Below are positions 37,889 through 47,525 of a stretch of 59,018 bases of DNA, piece by piece. A model generated the notes under the pieces. The model made no database searches. It was not told where the DNA came from and saw nothing but the letters and a program-made list of their open reading frames with translations. The stretch comes from a virus (lineage: Duplodnaviria > Caudoviricetes), in IMG/VR virus record IMGVR_UViG_3300003279_000015, positions 1-59,018 of that record. One strand, given 5' to 3'. The translations under genes were made by a program, and so were the position numbers. Numbering within the stretch: position 1 is the first letter of the stretch; every line of letters starts with the position of its first letter.

Positions 37889-38498
37889 CGGCGCCTCCCC
37901 TGCGGTGCTGCAGGATGCCGGCGTAGATCGTCCGCACGCGCTCGACGTTGCCCATGCCGATCTGCAGGCTGGCGTCGAAGTCATCGACCGCGGTCCCGAT
38001 ATCCGGCACGGCGTCTGGCCCGGCGAAGTGCGCGTAGGCTTCCTCCATCGCCGGCCATTTCGATTTGCCGCGTCCGCTCGGCGGAGGAATCGCGCAGATG
38101 TCCGCGCTGTTGGTCATGGTGCAAAACCATTCCAGGACGGGCATTTCCTCGCCGTGGCGGCCGTAGAACGACCGCAGCAGCTTGCGGTGAAACGCCGCCG
38201 AGTGCGCCACCACCAGCGTGGCCTTCGAGATCGCGCGCGTGATGGTGATCAGGTCGTCCCCGGTCGGCTCGTGGCCTGGTAGCATCCACTCCAATCCGGT
38301 GGCGCCCATGCGCGTGCACGCCGCCTCGTCGAGGATCTCCTCAGGCGGCGGCAGCAGGCACAGCCCGGTGTATTGCCGGCTGCCGATGTCCATGATGCCC
38401 ATGGAGCAGAATCGGATCAGATACGGCTGGAACGGATCGTCGTCCTTGAGCCTCCATTCCCAGTTGCGGTTGGCGACGGTGTCGATGAATACGATCAT
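37881..38498 (-). CDS. DnaQ-like 3'-5' exonuclease fold, catalytically degenerate
   Basis: IVFIDT, VVAH...F, FCTM, KWP.M.EAY.HF. Confidence 0.7.
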   Translation of the reverse strand: MIVFIDTVANRNWEWRLKDDDPFQPYLIRFCSMGIMDIGSRQYTGLCLLPPPEEILDEAACTRMGATGLEWMLPGHEPTGDDLITITRAISKATLVVAHSAAFHRKLLRSFYGRHGEEMPVLEWFCTMTNSADICAIPPPSGRGKSKWPAMEEAYAHFAGPDAVPDIGTAVDDFDASLQIGMGNVERVRTIYAGILQHRRGGAGA

Positions 38499-38740
38499 GG
38501 CTTCCTCGGTTTGCGGGTTTTCTTAGGCGCCTCGCGCTGGCAAAGCGCGAACGGGTCCACCGATGCATATTCGCAAAGGCGGAACAGGTTGACGGTCGCT
38601 GGGGGGCGGCCGGATAAGAAATGGCTGAGCGCGGAGTAGGAAATCCCCAGCGTCTTGCCGAGCGCGCGGAGGTTCCCCCACTCCGCCTTCTTTGCCTCGA
38701 GCGCCTTGCGCAGGAGGCTGTAGTCCAGGGCCTTGATCAA
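38495..38740 (-). CDS. XRE-type HTH protein
   Basis: LRALGKTLGISYSALSHFLSG. Confidence 0.7.
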   Translation of the reverse strand: MIKALDYSLLRKALEAKKAEWGNLRALGKTLGISYSALSHFLSGRPPATVNLFRLCEYASVDPFALCQREAPKKTRKPRKP

Positions 38741-40446
38741 TTGTCGTCTCCTTCATCTTCGGTGGTGGGAAGCTTCACGCGGGCGGTGTAGTCCGCGATC
38801 GCTGGGCGCCAGGACGGTGCCCTGCCCTCGAGTTGCTTGCGGCGATCAGAGACCTTGGCGGCCGGCTTGATGCCGGCGACCTGGCACGCCTCGGCAAGCG
38901 TGTCGCCATTGCAGAACGCGAGGAATTCGGCGGTGTCGAACCTCTCGACAACCCGAGCGCCGAGGATCCGCGCAATCGTGTCCGCGATCGGACCGCTGCT
39001 GTGCAGCGAGCGTGGCTGGTCGCAAATCAGGATCCTTGCGATCGCCTGGCCGGCGATTTCCGCCAGGCGATCATGGGAGGGCTGAACCATACCATCGTCG
39101 CCGCCCAGCAGCAGCGGAAGCAGGTCGCGGAAATCCGTGATCATGTTCGGCTGATCTGGATTGCCCATCACGTGAACGTTCTGCGCTGTCAGCGCCAGCA
39201 ACAGCACATGCAGCAGGCTCCTCGCACTGAACTTGTCATCCATCAACGAGGTCCGAAGCTCGTCGGTCTTCAGTTTCGACACGCGGCGCTGGCCCTCAAT
39301 CGAGATGCCCGGCGCGGGTTCGTCCTTGTCGACGTCCTGCGCCGCAGAACCGGCGAGGCGCTTCTCCGCCATGTCCTTTTTCCGCTGCACCCGCGGCGAG
39401 ACGTATTCCGCCATGGCAAAGGCATGAACCTGGCCGGCCTGCCAACCAGTCGGCGCGATCCAGATCGCGATGCGAACCAGCGGGTCCTTCTTGGTCGGCT
39501 TCGGCCATTTCGCATGGTTGAGCGATAGCAACTCGCCCATGCTGTGCGAGACCTGCCAGCCGTCGATGTCCTTGCCCCACTCCGGAGACTTGTCGAGAAT
39601 CCGGATCTCGTAACCTTTGTCCGCCAGGTCCGCGGCCTTGCGCTCGACGGCCGCGCGCTGCGCCGCCAGGAACCCGGCGATATCAGATGTGGTGATGGCG
39701 TCTTCCGCTCCAGGCTGCGCAAACAGGTCCTCGTCGAACACCACCCCGGTCGGATTGCCGTCCACCTGGAAGAGCGCGCGCGCCGCAGATATCCGGTCGA
39801 CGACGCAATGCTGGGCGAACTGGTACCAGGTGATCGACTTCGTCTTGCCGGTGCCCATCCAGATATCCTTGGCCTTGGCCGCCCGCTCCTGGACCTCGGC
39901 CGGCGCCATGGCGATCACTGACAACTGCCGTGTGTCCGGCATTCCGTGCTTGTCGATCAGTGCCAGCACCGGCGGAGCGACGTGCGCCAGCTTCTCGAGC
40001 CGGCGCGCGTAGGAAACCGGAACCGCCAGCACCGCGGCCACCGTCTCGATCGAGACTTGCCGCTCCCGCATCTCTTTCACCGACGCCCACAAATCGAGCG
40101 GCGCCAGCGGTGCGCGGGCGTGGTTGTCCGCCATGCGCATGCTCTGCCGGATTGCCGGGTCCTCGGCGTCGGTGACGAGGGTGCAAAAGATCACCTTGAA
40201 CCCGGCCTGCTGGCACGCTGCGACGCGCCGGTGCCCGAGGATGATCATGTAGTGCGGTGGGTCCGCCTCCCGCAGCGCCTTGTCGGGATGCGGCCTGACC
40301 ACCGGCTGGACGACGGGTCCGCCTGTTGCCCTGATGGATTCGAGGAAGAGCTTGTCCGCCTCCGGATCTTGGCGCTTTCGCTCTCGGTCCGGATCGTCGT
40401 GCAGCAGCTTCACTTCGACGAGGATCGAGGTTGGTTCCTGTGTCAT
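38737..40446 (-). CDS. ParB/Spo0J-like protein
   Basis: L.ESI...G.VVQPVVR, GHRRVAAC, DN..R..L, HTH. Confidence 0.8.
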   Translation of the reverse strand: MTQEPTSILVEVKLLHDDPDRERKRQDPEADKLFLESIRATGGPVVQPVVRPHPDKALREADPPHYMIILGHRRVAACQQAGFKVIFCTLVTDAEDPAIRQSMRMADNHARAPLAPLDLWASVKEMRERQVSIETVAAVLAVPVSYARRLEKLAHVAPPVLALIDKHGMPDTRQLSVIAMAPAEVQERAAKAKDIWMGTGKTKSITWYQFAQHCVVDRISAARALFQVDGNPTGVVFDEDLFAQPGAEDAITTSDIAGFLAAQRAAVERKAADLADKGYEIRILDKSPEWGKDIDGWQVSHSMGELLSLNHAKWPKPTKKDPLVRIAIWIAPTGWQAGQVHAFAMAEYVSPRVQRKKDMAEKRLAGSAAQDVDKDEPAPGISIEGQRRVSKLKTDELRTSLMDDKFSARSLLHVLLLALTAQNVHVMGNPDQPNMITDFRDLLPLLLGGDDGMVQPSHDRLAEIAGQAIARILICDQPRSLHSSGPIADTIARILGARVVERFDTAEFLAFCNGDTLAEACQVAGIKPAAKVSDRRKQLEGRAPSWRPAIADYTARVKLPTTEDEGDDN

Positions 40447-40460
40447 AAGTGGTTACCTTC

Positions 40461-42296
40461 CTATTTCGCGAGCGTGCCCATGTGGGCATTCACCGCGGCT
40501 TTGAAATTCTCGAACATCTCAGCCTTCTCCCGCTCGATGCGGTTCAGCCGGACGGCGTAGGCGGTGCCGGTCAGGTGGTCCTTCACTTCCTGCTGGGTCT
40601 TCAGCTTCGGCAACTCGTCCTTCAGGATGCTGTCCAGCCATTCGCGATCCTGGTCGCGCGTCTCCATGCCCAACTCACCGCTGCGCTGCGCGATCGCCGT
40701 GTTGACGTTCGCCTTGGTCACGCCTGGCAGCCGGCCGATCACCTGGGCATGTGCCTCGATGAACGCGCGCATCGTGTCGGCGTCGGTGATTTTGGCGACG
40801 GCCGCACGGAACGCGCCAGGCACGTTCGGCAGGTCGGGCCGGCCGGCCTTCTTCGGCAACTCGATCGGCCAGGACGGCGCCGCCGACGCCTGATACTGTT
40901 CCGCCGCTGCTTCCGCCTTCGTGGTGGTTTCCGCCGCGGGCGGCGCCCAGGAGTATTCCTCGTGCAGCTTGGCCGCAGCCGGATCCTGCAGCGCGTCCTG
41001 CATGCCGTCCGAGTTGTGTTCCGCCAGCGCGTCCCGGTTCTTCGAGGTCTCCCAGACCGCCCGGTATTTGCGGATGAAGTCCACCGCCGAGGTCGCGTAG
41101 CCAGCGTCGCCGTCGACCGGCTCGCCATGCTCGTCGGAGAGGTAGAATTCGTCGACGCTGGCGGCGTCCGTGGCCGCACCAGCGCCGTCATCCTCTGGGC
41201 CGGGATCATCGTCGCCGGCAGCCGGGTGCCCCGGTGGCGGACCGCCCGCGTCGGCGGCCGGGGCGGCTGGCTTTGTCTTGGTTGCCGCCGTGTCCTTCCG
41301 CTTCGTCTCGGTGGGTGCCGGCGGGTCCTTCCTCTCGCTCACGTCCTCGACGTCCTGGACGTCGCCGCGGCGGTCGGTGAAGCGCGGATCCCCGCCGCCC
41401 TCTGCGTCTTCCTCGATGTTGCCGATGCCGTCGAACATCAGCGCGTCCTGGTCCAGCACCACGTCCCGGAACCGGAGGTTCTTGGTGTCCTGGCGCTCGT
41501 CGATCGTCAGCGCCGCCGCCAACTCGATCGACTTCGGCAGCCATTTCTGGCCGGCGCGGAACGCCGTCTTTCGGGCCATGGGGATGGGGTATTTCACCCA
41601 CGGCGCTTCGGTGTAGGCGCCGGGTTCCTTTTGTCCCGGCTTGCGATACTCGAGCGCGCGTAGGGCAGCCCGGTAGCCTTGCGAGCGGTTGCGGATGGTC
41701 ATCACCGATGCCCATGGCATGACCTCAAACGACTGTCCGCCGCCCTTCACCGCGCCGTGCATGTATGCCCAGCCAGGCGTGTCCTTCGACTCGTCCTGCG
41801 TGCCGGCCGGCTTGTGGTTCAGGTGCTGGTTGGTGCCGTAGGAAAATGAGAACTCGTCGCCGGCCCAGACCACATCGGCGTGGACGCTGTCGATCCGGCC
41901 CGTGCGGTACACCAGGTCGAGCAGTCCCTGGTATCCAAAAATTAGCTGGATCGTGTACCGTTCGCTGTCTTGCCACTTCCCGTTTATCAACTCGCGACCC
42001 GCCTTGAACGGGATCAGATGGGCGTGCTGCAGGTGGGTGTTCGGTTCCAGCCCGACCAGCGAGCAGGTCATGAACGCGCCGATCAGGTCCAGCACCGGCG
42101 CCCTGGCCAGTAGCGGCTGGCGCTGCACTGCCTGCATGCAGACCCGCATCATGCGCTCGGGCGATATCGTGCCCGGCGGGAGTCCTTCGATCAGGCGTTT
42201 CTTGAACTGCGGGTGGTCGAACGCCTCCTGCAGCGATGTCACCTTGTTCAGCGGAACGGTGATGGTCGAGGGTGCGACCGTCTTGCTTTCACTCAC
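40461..42296 (-). CDS. recT: RecT-family single-strand annealing protein with long C-terminal extension
   Basis: GLEPN....AHLIPF, QLI.GYQGL.DL, MARKT. Confidence 0.88.
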   Translation of the reverse strand: MSESKTVAPSTITVPLNKVTSLQEAFDHPQFKKRLIEGLPPGTISPERMMRVCMQAVQRQPLLARAPVLDLIGAFMTCSLVGLEPNTHLQHAHLIPFKAGRELINGKWQDSERYTIQLIFGYQGLLDLVYRTGRIDSVHADVVWAGDEFSFSYGTNQHLNHKPAGTQDESKDTPGWAYMHGAVKGGGQSFEVMPWASVMTIRNRSQGYRAALRALEYRKPGQKEPGAYTEAPWVKYPIPMARKTAFRAGQKWLPKSIELAAALTIDERQDTKNLRFRDVVLDQDALMFDGIGNIEEDAEGGGDPRFTDRRGDVQDVEDVSERKDPPAPTETKRKDTAATKTKPAAPAADAGGPPPGHPAAGDDDPGPEDDGAGAATDAASVDEFYLSDEHGEPVDGDAGYATSAVDFIRKYRAVWETSKNRDALAEHNSDGMQDALQDPAAAKLHEEYSWAPPAAETTTKAEAAAEQYQASAAPSWPIELPKKAGRPDLPNVPGAFRAAVAKITDADTMRAFIEAHAQVIGRLPGVTKANVNTAIAQRSGELGMETRDQDREWLDSILKDELPKLKTQQEVKDHLTGTAYAVRLNRIEREKAEMFENFKAAVNAHMGTLAK

Positions 42297-42332
42297 GTGG
42301 GTAGCCTCCTGGTGATCGTGTTGCGCGTGCGG

Positions 42333-43214
42333 CTAACGCAGCCGCACATTCTCCGTGTAGTCAATACGGATGCCGTCAATGAGATCTGCAGGAATTCTGC
42401 CGGTCCGCATCTTCTTCTCCGTGTCGATCCGGGTCTGGATAAGGCGACGATCCGGCAGGCACAGCGGGCGCGGAACCTTGTCGGCGTCGATAATCTCGAA
42501 GGTGTATTTGCCCGCCATGCTGGCGCTGGTGCCGAGGCTGGTGCGCACCGTCGCCGCCTCACGTCCGCCCGATGGCGCCAGCGCCGCCGACGCGCGCCGC
42601 TCGGCCTGGTCCTCCATCACCATCGCCTGCTGCATCGCGTCCTCGCTGCCCGTTTCCTCGGCCGCCTTCGCGATCGCTTCCGCCGCCCGGCGTTCTTCGG
42701 CCGCCCGCGCCAACTGCGCTTCGCGCTCCCGTGCCGCAGCCGCCCGCGCATAGTCGTCGACCGCATCGCGGATGGTGCGTTCGCCGGCCGCCAAGCTTCC
42801 CACCAGCGTCTTGAAGAAAGCGTCCACCGCCTCGCCGGCTTTGCGGAACGGCTCCTTCGTCTTCGTGCGCGTGGCTTCCCAGTCCTTGCCGGTGTCGCGC
42901 AGTTGCCGCCCGAAATCGATGCTGCGCTGGTAGGCGTCCGGCGTGCCAATCTCGATCTTCGTCATGGGAGTGCCGTCGCGGCCCTTGATGACATCGCCGT
43001 GCTCGTCGTGCAGCGTCTTGGTCATCTGCGCCGTCCAGCGATCAATCGCCTCGGCCAGCTTCACCTGGCGTTCCTGCAGGTCCGCGAACCGCTCCGCCAG
43101 TTGGTCCGGCAGGTAGGAGAAATCGTAGAGGTCGGACAGCCCTTCGGGCGGCTGGTTGTGCCCGACGCTCGGCTGCGGATCGGCTGCTGCAGCCGGTGTT
43201 GCCTTCTTCGCCAT
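42333..43214 (-). CDS. Coiled-coil recombination-associated protein
   Basis: GHNQPP, EI.D..KVPR, DGIRI; next to recT. Confidence 0.7.
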   Translation of the reverse strand: MAKKATPAAAADPQPSVGHNQPPEGLSDLYDFSYLPDQLAERFADLQERQVKLAEAIDRWTAQMTKTLHDEHGDVIKGRDGTPMTKIEIGTPDAYQRSIDFGRQLRDTGKDWEATRTKTKEPFRKAGEAVDAFFKTLVGSLAAGERTIRDAVDDYARAAAAREREAQLARAAEERRAAEAIAKAAEETGSEDAMQQAMVMEDQAERRASAALAPSGGREAATVRTSLGTSASMAGKYTFEIIDADKVPRPLCLPDRRLIQTRIDTEKKMRTGRIPADLIDGIRIDYTENVRLR

Positions 43215-43224
43215 GGGTGGTCTC

Positions 43225-43569
43225 CTAGAAAAGCGGGGGCATGTTGATGAGCGCCCGCTTGATGGTGGGTGTCAGGATGGGATGGTTGGGATCGTTGGCG
43301 TGCGCCCACGCGATCAGCCGGAGCAAGCCGGCGTGTTCGTCCTCGGAGATGGCGCGGCCGTAGTAGTAGACGCGCTCCATCTGCGGGTGATCCCAGGGGT
43401 TGCCGACGACGCTCGTCGGCGTGCCGTCGCCGATCTGGATCGCCCAGGTGTCGCTTTCGGCGTCGTGGGTGATCCTGGCGGGCAGCGGGTGACCGCCGCG
43501 CACCAGGCGAACCTGGTAGAACCCCGGCTGGGGCGCTTCCAGATCCCGCGGCGTGGCGTCGCGCGCCAC
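43225..43569 (-). CDS. Hypothetical protein
   Basis: PQPGFY..RLVRGG..LPARI, AISE.E motif. Confidence 0.65.
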   Translation of the reverse strand: MARDATPRDLEAPQPGFYQVRLVRGGHPLPARITHDAESDTWAIQIGDGTPTSVVGNPWDHPQMERVYYYGRAISEDEHAGLLRLIAWAHANDPNHPILTPTIKRALINMPPLF

Positions 43570-43571
43570 GG

Positions 43572-43766
43572 CTACGCGTCCGTGAACGGGCGGATCGCGA
43601 TGTGGCGCAGGTCCGTGAAAAGCATGGGCTGGGCGGGTTCCCCGAGCATGCTCCGGAGCCGGGCGATCTCCTGGCTCTGGCGCTGCAGCTTCACGGCGAT
43701 GATCTCAAGCGCCTGAAGAATCGGGCGCAGGTCGGGCGCGGGTGCGCCGGGATGGTTCTCTGGCAT
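43572..43766 (-). CDS. Small coiled-coil protein, first gene of the leftward operon
   Basis: AGGAGG RBS. Confidence 0.55.
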   Translation of the reverse strand: MPENHPGAPAPDLRPILQALEIIAVKLQRQSQEIARLRSMLGEPAQPMLFTDLRHIAIRPFTDA

Positions 43767-43808
43767 GTGGTCCTCCTGTTGCGGTGCGCGTTGCCTGCGC
43801 GCAACCCG

Positions 43809-43875
43809 ACCGTGCGCGCATGCGCAACGCCATGTCAACCAGGAGATTGACCAGCCGACCTGTTCGCGAGATGGT
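43809..43875. promoter_or_regulatory. Back-to-back sigma70-like promoters
   Basis: (+) TTGACC-N17-GATGGT at 43847-43875; (-) TTGACA-N18-CACGGT at 43838-43809; TTGCGCATGCGC near-palindrome in the spacer. Confidence 0.55.
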
Positions 43876-43919
43876 CCCGGGCCGGCGATGGGCCGGCGGC
43901 AACCCCAGGAACCTCAGAA

Positions 43920-44492
43920 ATGGCCAAGCGCGCGACCCCGACCAGCAGCACCGCCTCCGCGACAGGCGAGCCGGGTTTCACCGACGACCCGGCGAAAATC
44001 TCGAAGCACTACGCCGAATACGTCCAGTCCCAGCGCGCCATCCAGAACGCGCGGACCATCAACCAGAACGTCCTCAAGGCAGCGAAAAAGGACGGCGTCG
44101 ATATCGACGTCCTCAAGGAGGTTTACGCCGACGCCAAGCGCGAGCCGACCGAGTTGTCCGAACACGAGACCCGCAAGCAGCAATACCGCCACGCGCTCGG
44201 CTTCGCCGTTCAGACGTCGCTGTTCACAAAGGACCTGGCGCCGGTGCCCGAGCAGGTGCGCGCCGACCAGGCGGCCCTCGCCGCCGAGCAGGAAGGCTAC
44301 GACGCCGGCCTGAAGGGGCGAAAGGCGGACGACCACCGGTTCCCGGCCGGCACGCCCACTGCCGACGCCTTCATTCGCGGCCACGGCAAGGCAGTCGAAT
44401 TCCTAACCGCCTCCAACCTGCTGGACAAGCAGACGACGGTGCCGCGCGCGCGTGGGCCGCGATCGAGCAGGGGAGGCGAGGCGCTGAACTGA
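43920..44492 (+). CDS. GapR/DUF2312-like DNA-binding domain plus Rmf-like C-terminus
   Basis: AKKDGVD..VLK.V....K........E.....Y..ALG; then EGY.AG..G......P.....F..G. Confidence 0.6.
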   Translation: MAKRATPTSSTASATGEPGFTDDPAKISKHYAEYVQSQRAIQNARTINQNVLKAAKKDGVDIDVLKEVYADAKREPTELSEHETRKQQYRHALGFAVQTSLFTKDLAPVPEQVRADQAALAAEQEGYDAGLKGRKADDHRFPAGTPTADAFIRGHGKAVEFLTASNLLDKQTTVPRARGPRSSRGGEALN

Positions 44493-44493
44493 C

Positions 44494-45117
44494 GTGCCCG
44501 GCGTTCTCCGGGGCTGGCCTCCGCTCATCGACACGGAGGCGAAGCGCGAGCGCATAAAGAACCTTTGGGAAGAAAAGGACCCGAAGGGCCAAACCATGCA
44601 TTCGCTGGTCGCTATGGCGCAAATGCTCGGTGTGAAGAAAAACGCGCTCGTCGGGATCCTTCATCGCAACGGGGCAAAGATGGGTCTGGCGCCGCGGCCG
44701 AACCCGGTGGGCCCGCGCAAGACGCCGAAGGAGCGCACGCCGGTCGAACTCCGGACGCGCAAATCGAAGCCGCTGGGGCCAGGCGAGGTCTCGCTTCCCT
44801 CACTTTCATCGCTGGCGTCAGCGCCGACGCCGCCCGCGATCGCCGAGTTGGTGAAGGGTGCGGCCGCTGCGCGAATGGCGGGAGAGGTCCGACCGGTTCC
44901 GCGTTCGGCGCCGCCGCATGACCCAGGCATCGTCCGGCCCGGGTTGATCCTGTCGCGCTGGCAGTGCGAGTGGCTGAACGGCGATGGCACCGGCCCGAAA
45001 AAATGGGATCGGTGCGAGGATAGGGCGGTCGTGGGCAAACCGTACTGCCCGATCCACAGCGGGCGGGCCTTCGTGAAGATCCGGGACCGGAGGGACGATG
45101 CGCAGCCTGGCGCTTGA
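44494..45117 (+). CDS. gcrA: GcrA-family cell-cycle regulator
   Basis: LW..G....A..LG..KNA.VG..HR; C-terminal C.W..GD...C......PYC..H..RA. Confidence 0.8.
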   Translation: MPGVLRGWPPLIDTEAKRERIKNLWEEKDPKGQTMHSLVAMAQMLGVKKNALVGILHRNGAKMGLAPRPNPVGPRKTPKERTPVELRTRKSKPLGPGEVSLPSLSSLASAPTPPAIAELVKGAAAARMAGEVRPVPRSAPPHDPGIVRPGLILSRWQCEWLNGDGTGPKKWDRCEDRAVVGKPYCPIHSGRAFVKIRDRRDDAQPGA

Positions 45118-45628
45118 TCTTTCCACCACCACCGGATGGGCGGTTGGCGACTCCCGGCCGGGTTCGCGCATCGACTATGGCCGATGGATCCTCGAGCGCC
45201 GCCCGTCGAACATCCCGCGCGACCTGCAGACCGGCTACCGCATGCGGCAGCTTTATGGCGCGGTCGACGATGCGATCTCCGTCCACCAGGTGGACATGGT
45301 GATCGTCGAGGCTCCGCTTCACCTGGCGGATGGGACATCCCGGCTGCTGGGGAACCTGGCCGGGGTGGTCGCTATGGTCTGCGACGAGCGCAGTGTCCGG
45401 TACGAAGAGGAACACCTGAGCAAGATCCGCAAGCTGGTGTTGGGCAGTGCCAGGAGCGAGAACTTCGGCGGCAAGGCTGGGATCATGCGCTGGGCGCGCA
45501 CTCAGGGCTGGGATCCGGTCGACGACAATGTGGCGGACGCGCTGGTGCTGCTGCGGTACCGGCATCTGCTGGACCGAGACCGTGTGCGGTACGAGCGATC
45601 TCGCGATGTGCCGGCCGCGGCCGGATAG
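45098..45628 (+). CDS. RuvC-like Holliday junction resolvase
   Basis: LALDL.T.TGWA, VIVE, K, DDN.ADA. Confidence 0.75.
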   Translation: MRSLALDLSTTTGWAVGDSRPGSRIDYGRWILERRPSNIPRDLQTGYRMRQLYGAVDDAISVHQVDMVIVEAPLHLADGTSRLLGNLAGVVAMVCDERSVRYEEEHLSKIRKLVLGSARSENFGGKAGIMRWARTQGWDPVDDNVADALVLLRYRHLLDRDRVRYERSRDVPAAAG

Positions 45629-45654
45629 CCAGGCGCGTTCTGGACCTGTTCTCG

Positions 45655-45683
45655 TTGACCCCGGGCGACCGTGCGCACATGGT
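45655..45683 (+). promoter_or_regulatory. Promoter for the replication genes
   Basis: TTGACC-N17-CATGGT, matching the 43847 promoter. Confidence 0.5.
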
Positions 45684-45712
45684 CAGCCTGCAACCAGGAC
45701 GGGAACCGCAAC

Positions 45713-45922
45713 ATGACCGCCCCAATCGCTTCGATTCACCGGCTCGACCGGCAAACCCACGATCCGAAGGACCAATTCGACCGCGCTCGCGCCGATATGG
45801 TTCGCGCCCTCCGTGCCTGGATCGCCAGCGGCGACGCGACGCCGACCGATATCGACCAGGAGATCGATGGCACCGCCAACCAGATGCGGTCGATCGCCAC
45901 CCTGGGCGAACGCGATGTCTGA
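45713..45922 (+). CDS. Hypothetical protein
   Basis: Short ORF overlapping the dnaB start. Confidence 0.5.
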   Translation: MTAPIASIHRLDRQTHDPKDQFDRARADMVRALRAWIASGDATPTDIDQEIDGTANQMRSIATLGERDV

Positions 45923-47417
45923 GCCGTCACGGCAGCGCCGACGCTACCAGGCTGTCCTGGACGAGGATCGTGTCCGGCGGGAGGAATTCGTCTCGTCGGT
46001 CGCCCTGCGCCAGCCCCCCCACAACATCCAGGCGGAGCAGGCGCTCCTGGGTGCCCTCCTGGCCAACAACCGGGCCTATGAGCGCATCGCCCATTTCCTG
46101 AAGCCGGAGCACTTCATCGACCCGGTGCACGCCGCTATCTACGCGCAGTACCAGATCGGCGTCGAAGCCGGCCGGGTGATGGACGCGGTGACCATGGCGG
46201 ACCATTTCAGGAACACGGAGATCCTGACCGACGCCGGCGGCACCGGCTATCTCGCCCAACTGCTCACCGCCATGGTCGGGATCGTGAGCGTTCCAGAATA
46301 CGCGCGGGCGATCTACGACGCCTGGGTGCGCCGGCAACTCATCGAGACGGCCGCGCAGCTATTCTCCGATGCCTACGCCGGCAACGTGGATGCCCGGGAT
46401 CGGGCTGCGCTCGCGGTCAGCCGCATCGACATGTCGCTGCGCGCGCCAGGCGAGGGGAACGGGGCCAGCGGCAAGACGCTGCTCGAGGCGGTTGACGAGG
46501 CGCTCAACGGCGCCGACGAGGCAGCCTCCCGCGGCGGCCCTGTGGGGCTTTCCACCGGGTTCCCGGCGATCGACCGCAAGATCCTCGGCCTGCGCGACGG
46601 TGGCTACTACGTGCTGGCCGCCCGCCCCGGCATGGGCAAGACGGCGCTTGCCGTCCAGATCGCCGAGCGGGCTGCGCTGACCTGCCGGCAGGACGCGACG
46701 GACACCGGCACCAAGGGGGGCGTCGTCGTCATCAGCATGGAAATGCCGGCGGCCGACCTGGCCAGCCGGTTCCTGGCGTACCGGTCCGGCATGCCGCTGG
46801 AGAACCTGCTGAAGGGGGAACACGCGGACTATGTCGATGCCCTCCTGGCCGCGCGCGAATCCGCGGTGTCGCTGCCGCTGATCATCGAGGACGTGCCCGG
46901 CCTGCGGATGGCGGAGATCCTGCTTAAGGTTCGCTCGGCCGCCCGCCGGCTGGGCCAGGTGCGCCTGATCGTCCTGGACCACATGCACATCGTGCGGCCG
47001 GACGAGGGCCAGCAGGGCACCTGGGCGGTCGGCCAGACCTCCAACGCCATCAAGCGCATGGCCAAGGAATTCAACTGCCCGGTCCTGGCCCTGGCCCAGC
47101 TATCCCGCGCCGTCGAGGGCCGGGATGACAAGCGCCCGAACCTATCCGACCTCCGCCAGGCGGGCGAAATCGAGCAGGATGCCGACGCGGTGATGTTCCT
47201 TTATCGGGAGGAATACTACCTGGACCAGGTGCCTGTTCCGACCCGCAAGGCGGGCGAATCCCTCACCGCTTTCACCGACCGATTGGACAAGGACGCGCAG
47301 GAGCGTCAGCGCGCTGCCGGCAAAGCGGAACTGATCTGCGCCAAGCTTCGCCAGGGGAAACCCGGGACGGTGTATCTCGGGTGGCACGGCGCCACCACCA
47401 GCTTCCGGGGGGATTGA
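45915..47417 (+). CDS. dnaB: Replicative DNA helicase
   Basis: PPHNIQAEQ, AARPGMGKT, SMEM, LAQLSRAVE.R.DKRP.LSDLR.GEIEQDAD. Confidence 0.95.
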   Translation: MSEPSRQRRRYQAVLDEDRVRREEFVSSVALRQPPHNIQAEQALLGALLANNRAYERIAHFLKPEHFIDPVHAAIYAQYQIGVEAGRVMDAVTMADHFRNTEILTDAGGTGYLAQLLTAMVGIVSVPEYARAIYDAWVRRQLIETAAQLFSDAYAGNVDARDRAALAVSRIDMSLRAPGEGNGASGKTLLEAVDEALNGADEAASRGGPVGLSTGFPAIDRKILGLRDGGYYVLAARPGMGKTALAVQIAERAALTCRQDATDTGTKGGVVVISMEMPAADLASRFLAYRSGMPLENLLKGEHADYVDALLAARESAVSLPLIIEDVPGLRMAEILLKVRSAARRLGQVRLIVLDHMHIVRPDEGQQGTWAVGQTSNAIKRMAKEFNCPVLALAQLSRAVEGRDDKRPNLSDLRQAGEIEQDADAVMFLYREEYYLDQVPVPTRKAGESLTAFTDRLDKDAQERQRAAGKAELICAKLRQGKPGTVYLGWHGATTSFRGD

Positions 47418-47525
47418 GACGATGAACGCCAGCTTGACGCAACGCGCCGACCCCGGAAACGTTAAGGGGCAGGGGGCCGCAACTCCCCCTGCCCCAGCAA
47501 CCACATCGACAGGAACCAGCCGCCG

